Below, piece after piece: positions 56,383 through 64,000 of a stretch of DNA of 64,000 bases. Both the position numbers and the translations under genes were made by a program. The notes below the pieces were generated by a model. The model did not search any database, was not told the DNA's origin, and saw nothing but the letters and a program-made list of their open reading frames with translations. Source of the DNA: Bacteroidota bacterium (lineage in GTDB: Bacteria > Bacteroidota > Rhodothermia > Rhodothermales > UBA10348); NCBI GenBank assembly GCA_029262835.1, contig JAJCYQ010000095.1, forward strand, positions 71,573 to 135,572, in the 5' to 3' direction. The first letter of the stretch is position 1. Each line of letters opens with the position of its first letter.

Positions 56383-58653
56383 CTCTTCCCCGGGATATTT
56401 GACCCGGACGTGGTATATCCCCAGCAGGGCATTGAGCAGGGTCTCCTTGATGACCTTCAAATCCTTGAACGTAAGGTCAGTGTCATCCAGTTGTCCATCC
56501 TCCCGCCTGGCCTCGACGATGCCATCTATCAGGCTTTCAAGTCGCTTATGATTGGGGTTTTCGAGAGTTCGGCTGGCCGCTTCCACCGAATCGGCCAACA
56601 TCAGGATTCCCGTTTCCTTGGAACCTGGTACAGGACCCGGATATCTGAAATCGGACTCGGACACGTCCGCATCTTTGGCCTGCGTAAGATTGACCGCTCG
56701 GCGATAAAAATACTCGATTCTCGTCGTGCCGTGGTGCATGGGAATGAACTGCAGCACTTCCATCGGCAGGTTTTCCTCGCGGCCCATATCCAACCCTTCT
56801 TTCACATGAGAAGCAATGATAAGGGCGCTCATGCGGGGCTTCAGTGCATCGTGCGGGTTGTTGTCAGGACGCTGATTTTCGACGAAGTACTCTGGTTTGA
56901 CCATTTTCCCGATGTCGTGATACAGCGCACCCACACGTGTAAGGAGCGCGTTCGCACCCACGGCTGCCGCGGCTGCCTCGGCGAGATTGGCGACCTGCAG
57001 CACATGGTTGAAGGTGCCGGGTGCCCTCATACTGAGCTTCTTGAGGAGCGGTCGGTTGGTATCGGAGAGTTCCAGGAGCGTGAGGTCCGTCGTTATATCG
57101 AACGTCCGCTCGAAGACCCAAAGTAGAGGGTAAGCCAGTAGCAGGAGTACCGAATTGATCAGGACGAACACGGCTTCATCTGCAAAACGCTCTATTGAGG
57201 TACCGGCGAGCAGAAGACCTGCCGTGAGGACGGTTATGTAGCCGAGGAAGACCAGTCCGGCACTCAGGAAAAACTGGCTTCTGTTTCGGATATCACGCAC
57301 GCTGAAAATGCCCAGCGATCCAGCAAAGATCGTTGCAAATGTAAACCCGAAGTCAAATCCGAGAAGCAAACCGCCCAGCAGGGCCAAGGTCAGTGTAGCG
57401 AACATGGCCGCCCGCGAATCGAACATTACGGTCAACAGTATCGATACGACAGCGACCGGCACCAGATACATATCTACGAGTGCCAGACGCAGCGCCACAC
57501 CATACAGCAGTATGATGGTCACAAGCAGAATGTTGATGAGGAGCATGAGCTTCGCATCATCAAATATGGGCCGCCTGAGCAGGAACAGATAGAGATAGAA
57601 TATCAGGAACGTGCCCAGAACCACCATGACCTGCCCCAGAAGACGTTGCCACTGGATACTCGTGCCCGAACGCTCCATTCGCTCCGCCTCGAGTGAGGTC
57701 AACTTCCGGTGAATGTCTTCCGTAACGAGGTCACCCCGCCTTACTATGACTTCGTTCTGCCTGACGATGTCAGCGCTTGGCACAATCAGATTCTCATGCT
57801 CCTGCCATCGCGTCTCCGAAGCGCGTCCATCGTACACGAGATTGGGCTCCATCAGGTAAGCGTAGAGTGCCAACGCTGTAGATTGCATGACCGGGTCTGC
57901 GACGTACAGGGACTGGATACGCGACTGGACTTCACGCAGTGCTTCATTCCTTCCCCATACCCGCTGCGAATCCACGTCCTGCTGCCGCCTGGTTAGGTCG
58001 GTCCTTATGGTCACCTTGTCCGATAGAATCGAGTCCTTGGCCACGCTGAGGATGCCCGTCTCCTGGAGTTCTGCAATGATCCGCACGACGTCCCGTACGG
58101 CACGCTCCGCCTGTCCGTCCTCCAGCAGGACGTTCCACTCGGAACGACGAAGTCCCAGCCGAAGCGAATCGACACCAGCGCGCCACGCCATGGAGTCCCT
58201 GTGTGCTGCTGAATCGGCCACGCTCAGCGACCTTGTATCGCGAATTCGCGCATGAATATCAACAAGGCTGCCCAGCGCTTGCATGAGCGTATCTCCGCGT
58301 GCCAGGAGTTGTTCACCCGCGCCTGTCTCCTCACGGAAAATGGGCGGTGTTTCCCGGCGAACACGTTCTCTTTCAGCCTGTAACTCGTCAGCCGATTTCC
58401 GTATGGCGTAACGAAAAGGTGCGTGCAGGTTGTCCTGCCGCCATATGTCATCAACCTCCACGGTATACTCATACACTTGGGCCCGCGGAAACACTACGAT
58501 GGCCGCAACCACAACGAGGGTCACCATGAACCATCTGAACCACCGTTCTCTCCGTCGCCTGACCGCCGAATGGTTGTCCATACCGCGTTCCAGATTCGAA
58601 CCTACCGGCCGGACCCGCGGTCTGAAAAAAGGAAGTTTATCCAGAAATGACAT
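56347..58653 (-). CDS. pgpH: 7TM-HD membrane phosphodiesterase (PgpH/YqfF-type HDIG protein)
   Basis: Trimmed to the ATG at 58653. An extracellular N-terminal domain is followed by seven hydrophobic segments and a C-terminal HD domain with HVLQVANLAE and the HDIG motif (GALYHDIGKMVKPEYF). Confidence 0.85.
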   Translation of the reverse strand: MSFLDKLPFFRPRVRPVGSNLERGMDNHSAVRRRRERWFRWFMVTLVVVAAIVVFPRAQVYEYTVEVDDIWRQDNLHAPFRYAIRKSADELQAERERVRRETPPIFREETGAGEQLLARGDTLMQALGSLVDIHARIRDTRSLSVADSAAHRDSMAWRAGVDSLRLGLRRSEWNVLLEDGQAERAVRDVVRIIAELQETGILSVAKDSILSDKVTIRTDLTRRQQDVDSQRVWGRNEALREVQSRIQSLYVADPVMQSTALALYAYLMEPNLVYDGRASETRWQEHENLIVPSADIVRQNEVIVRRGDLVTEDIHRKLTSLEAERMERSGTSIQWQRLLGQVMVVLGTFLIFYLYLFLLRRPIFDDAKLMLLINILLVTIILLYGVALRLALVDMYLVPVAVVSILLTVMFDSRAAMFATLTLALLGGLLLGFDFGFTFATIFAGSLGIFSVRDIRNRSQFFLSAGLVFLGYITVLTAGLLLAGTSIERFADEAVFVLINSVLLLLAYPLLWVFERTFDITTDLTLLELSDTNRPLLKKLSMRAPGTFNHVLQVANLAEAAAAAVGANALLTRVGALYHDIGKMVKPEYFVENQRPDNNPHDALKPRMSALIIASHVKEGLDMGREENLPMEVLQFIPMHHGTTRIEYFYRRAVNLTQAKDADVSESDFRYPGPVPGSKETGILMLADSVEAASRTLENPNHKRLESLIDGIVEARREDGQLDDTDLTFKDLKVIKETLLNALLGIYHVRVKYPGEESTEKISDALDG

Positions 58654-58688
58654 CTGACATCGTTTTCCGAAAACGTAGTGGTTCCGTG

Positions 58689-60158
58689 TCAGGAATGGCG
58701 TAGAGCCAAGGATGATCCTGTACCAACAGCTACCAATGTGCCAATCGCCGTGTACCAGGGCCACGCAACGGCCGGTGCTGCAATGATTCCGGGAATTCCA
58801 AATATGAGTACAACCATGACTGACACAGACATGGCAAAAGCAATAATGGCATCCACCTCGTTGGCGCGTCGGTTCCACAGACCAAGCGCAAATCCACCAA
58901 GTAGAGCTCCGTACGTGAAACTGGCTATGGACAGACCAAGTTCGACAACCGGGTTCTGTTGATCTTCGAAGAGTGTCGCGAATCCCACAAAAACGACGGC
59001 CCAGACCAGTGTAAGCCGCCTGGAGAGTTGTAGTCGAGCGGCGTCGGACCAGACCGCGAGACGCTGGCCGAAGAGATCCAGGACAGAGGAAGATGCAAGC
59101 GCATTCAGGCTTGATGACAGCGTGCTCATGGCCGCTGCTAGAATGCCTGCAATGAGCAGCCCGGTAAGACCAACGGGTAAACCTTCGATGATGAATCGAG
59201 GGAATATTTCATCAGCTCGCGTGAGGCCCATGGCCTCCGGTGTGGCGCCTCCGTAGTAGGCCCAAAGAAGCGAGCCAACGGTCAGGAAAGCGACAAACTG
59301 GATCATTACGATAACAGCGCTTCCGACCAGCGCCTTCCGGGCATCGTCGAGAGAGGCACAGGCCAGGAGTCTCTGTACGATAAGCTGGTCCGTGCCATGG
59401 GAAGCCATGCTGAATACGGCTCCACCGACGACGGCTGTTACCATCACATACGGCTGCGTCACAATGCGACCTGGATCGAGAGTCAGATCGAAAACCGTAA
59501 GCTTTCCAGCCTCGGTCAACATCGCCACGGCTACCGGAAGCTCCAGCGTCATCCCGACAATCATGATCGTTATCAATGCACCAAAGACATACAGACCCAT
59601 CTGAACTACATCCATCCAGACAACGGCTTTCAGTCCACCAAAATACGTATATAGCGCCGTGAGGATGCCGATTCCGAGGATGATGACAGGATACCCAAAG
59701 TCGTAGCCAAGCGATGCGAATATCATTTTTACCGGAATGGCCGTGGCAAAAAGACGTACGCCATCGGCCAGAAGCCGTGTCACCAGGAACGTGGCCGACG
59801 CCGTGCTCTGAAGCCGATGCCCAAACCGTTCGCCAAGGAATCGGTATGCCGTGCCGACTTCACCGGAGTAATAGCGTGGAAGCAGTATCCATCCAACAAG
59901 TGATCGCCCAACGAGGTAGCCAAGCGTCAGCTGCAGGAAGGTCCACGTACCAGCATAGGCGACTGCTGGAATACCAATGATGGTCAGCGTACTTGTCTCC
60001 GTAGCTACAATCGAGAAACAGATTGCCCACCAGGGCAGCTCTCGGCTGCCCATGAAGTAATCGCTCGTAGACTCTTGCTTCCCGGCGATCCGGATACCAA
60101 AGATTACGACACCGGTGAGGTACAGGATGATGACAGCGATATCGATGGGCGAGAGCAT
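58689..60158 (-). CDS. Sodium:solute symporter (SSF) family transporter
   Basis: 489-aa polytopic ORF. The N-terminal DYFMGSRELPWWAICFSIVATETSTLTIIGIPA is characteristic of the SSF family. Substrate unknown. Confidence 0.85.
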   Translation of the reverse strand: MLSPIDIAVIILYLTGVVIFGIRIAGKQESTSDYFMGSRELPWWAICFSIVATETSTLTIIGIPAVAYAGTWTFLQLTLGYLVGRSLVGWILLPRYYSGEVGTAYRFLGERFGHRLQSTASATFLVTRLLADGVRLFATAIPVKMIFASLGYDFGYPVIILGIGILTALYTYFGGLKAVVWMDVVQMGLYVFGALITIMIVGMTLELPVAVAMLTEAGKLTVFDLTLDPGRIVTQPYVMVTAVVGGAVFSMASHGTDQLIVQRLLACASLDDARKALVGSAVIVMIQFVAFLTVGSLLWAYYGGATPEAMGLTRADEIFPRFIIEGLPVGLTGLLIAGILAAAMSTLSSSLNALASSSVLDLFGQRLAVWSDAARLQLSRRLTLVWAVVFVGFATLFEDQQNPVVELGLSIASFTYGALLGGFALGLWNRRANEVDAIIAFAMSVSVMVVLIFGIPGIIAAPAVAWPWYTAIGTLVAVGTGSSLALRHS

Positions 60159-60168
60159 GAGTACGTCT

Positions 60169-63374
<3,206 letters not shown>

Positions 63375-63504
63375 GACGAGGCGTGTTTATGGTTGCGTGA
63401 GCACGTGAAAGTACGCGATGCAGAGACAAGCATCCAGTTCAAAAACAAGCAACCCGGCTGGACGTATGACACGGCGCCGTCTACAGCTTTTACACGTCAA
63501 CGTC

Positions 63505-64000
63505 ATGCCCCGAATTCTCCTCGTCCTTGTTCTCGCCCTCGGCACATTGAGCGCCTGCGCCTCCGATCCAGGTGCACAGGAAGCCACCAGCCCACAGGAG
63601 GCGTCCGCCCCAATGGAGCGGTCGGGGCCATCGGTGCTCGTCATTACCGCCCATCCCGACGATGAGGCCATGTTTGCGGCCACCATGTACCGGATAACCC
63701 ACGCCCTCGACGGGAATGTGCACCTGGCACTGGTTACCGACGGTGCCGGCGGATACCGTTTTTCCACGCTGGCCGAACCGCTCTACGGGTTGGACCTGAC
63801 CACACAGAAAGTGGCACGACAGGAACTTCCCGCTATCCGGAAGAGAGAGCTGGAGGCCGGTGGCCGTATAGTTGGTATTTCCGAATATTTTTATCTCGAT
63901 GAACCCGACGAAGGCAAAACAGAGAACGCAGACTCCGTCATGCAGCACGTGTGGAACACCACACGCGTCGCATCACGCCTCGATGACATCCTCGCCGGGC
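63505..64000 (+). CDS. PIG-L/LmbE-family deacetylase (3' partial; runs off the window)
   Basis: Not in the track because it has no stop in the window. From the ATG at 63505: MPRILLVLVLALGTLSACAS (a lipoprotein-like signal), then VLVITAHPDDEAMFAATMYRI...LALVTDGAGG, which includes the PIG-L AHPDDE motif. Confidence 0.7.
   Translation, partial: MPRILLVLVLALGTLSACASDPGAQEATSPQEASAPMERSGPSVLVITAHPDDEAMFAATMYRITHALDGNVHLALVTDGAGGYRFSTLAEPLYGLDLTTQKVARQELPAIRKRELEAGGRIVGISEYFYLDEPDEGKTENADSVMQHVWNTTRVASRLDDILAG

Overview
This 64-kb window is a high-GC (roughly 60% by eye), very gene-dense piece of bacterial chromosome. The proteins are strikingly acidic (D/E-rich). Gene content and order look Bacteroidota/Rhodothermia-like; a Salinibacter-type salt-in halophile is my inference, not a database result.

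I support about 55 protein genes, many joined by 1-4 nt ATGA/GTGA/TGATG overlaps. Nearly all are core or amino-acid-catabolic:
- rimP-nusA-infB, nadB, prfB (with the classical +1 frameshift, which the ORF track splits into two ORFs), rpsA and cmk
- a SpoU methyltransferase, a mini-mutA-like ORF, mutB, meaB and gltX
- an ECF sigma/anti-sigma pair divergent from three SurA/parvulin chaperone paralogs, then moxR
- an AI-2E permease and an M23 peptidase
- a cysteine desulfurase, DUF2064, fbp, thrB, thrC string; murA
- an FprA-like reductase, copZ-copA, a LacI-family regulator fused by overlap to purC, and moaD-moaE
- a peroxiredoxin, a LolE-like permease, pruA plus an amine-dehydrogenase-like gene, and a GntR regulator
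- pgpH, an SSF symporter, ligA, a RodZ-like protein and a PIG-L deacetylase (3' partial)

I found no rRNA or tRNA genes, CRISPR arrays, transposases or integrases, and no recognisable defence or secretion island.

I cannot honestly point to a clear novel multi-gene system. The best candidates for something undescribed are single genes:
1. An orphan protein of about 966 aa. Its C-terminus reads as a GvpL/GvpF gas-vesicle domain. Its N-terminal two thirds hold at least nine tandem ~44-residue helical repeats plus a (PEVEQ)4 microsatellite. No other gvp gene is in the window.
2. A ~1150-aa predicted outer-membrane protein of unknown function next to murA.
3. A 232-aa mini-MutA ORF that keeps only part of the methylmalonyl-CoA mutase beta-subunit barrel.

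Smaller regulatory observations are listed separately under findings, each with its caveats: a promoter plus terminator leader in front of rimP-nusA, an ECF-like promoter facing the chaperone cluster, a recurrent TAnnTTGCC box, and overlapping convergent gene ends.

All functional calls rest on motif-level reading of the translated ORFs. No searches were run.
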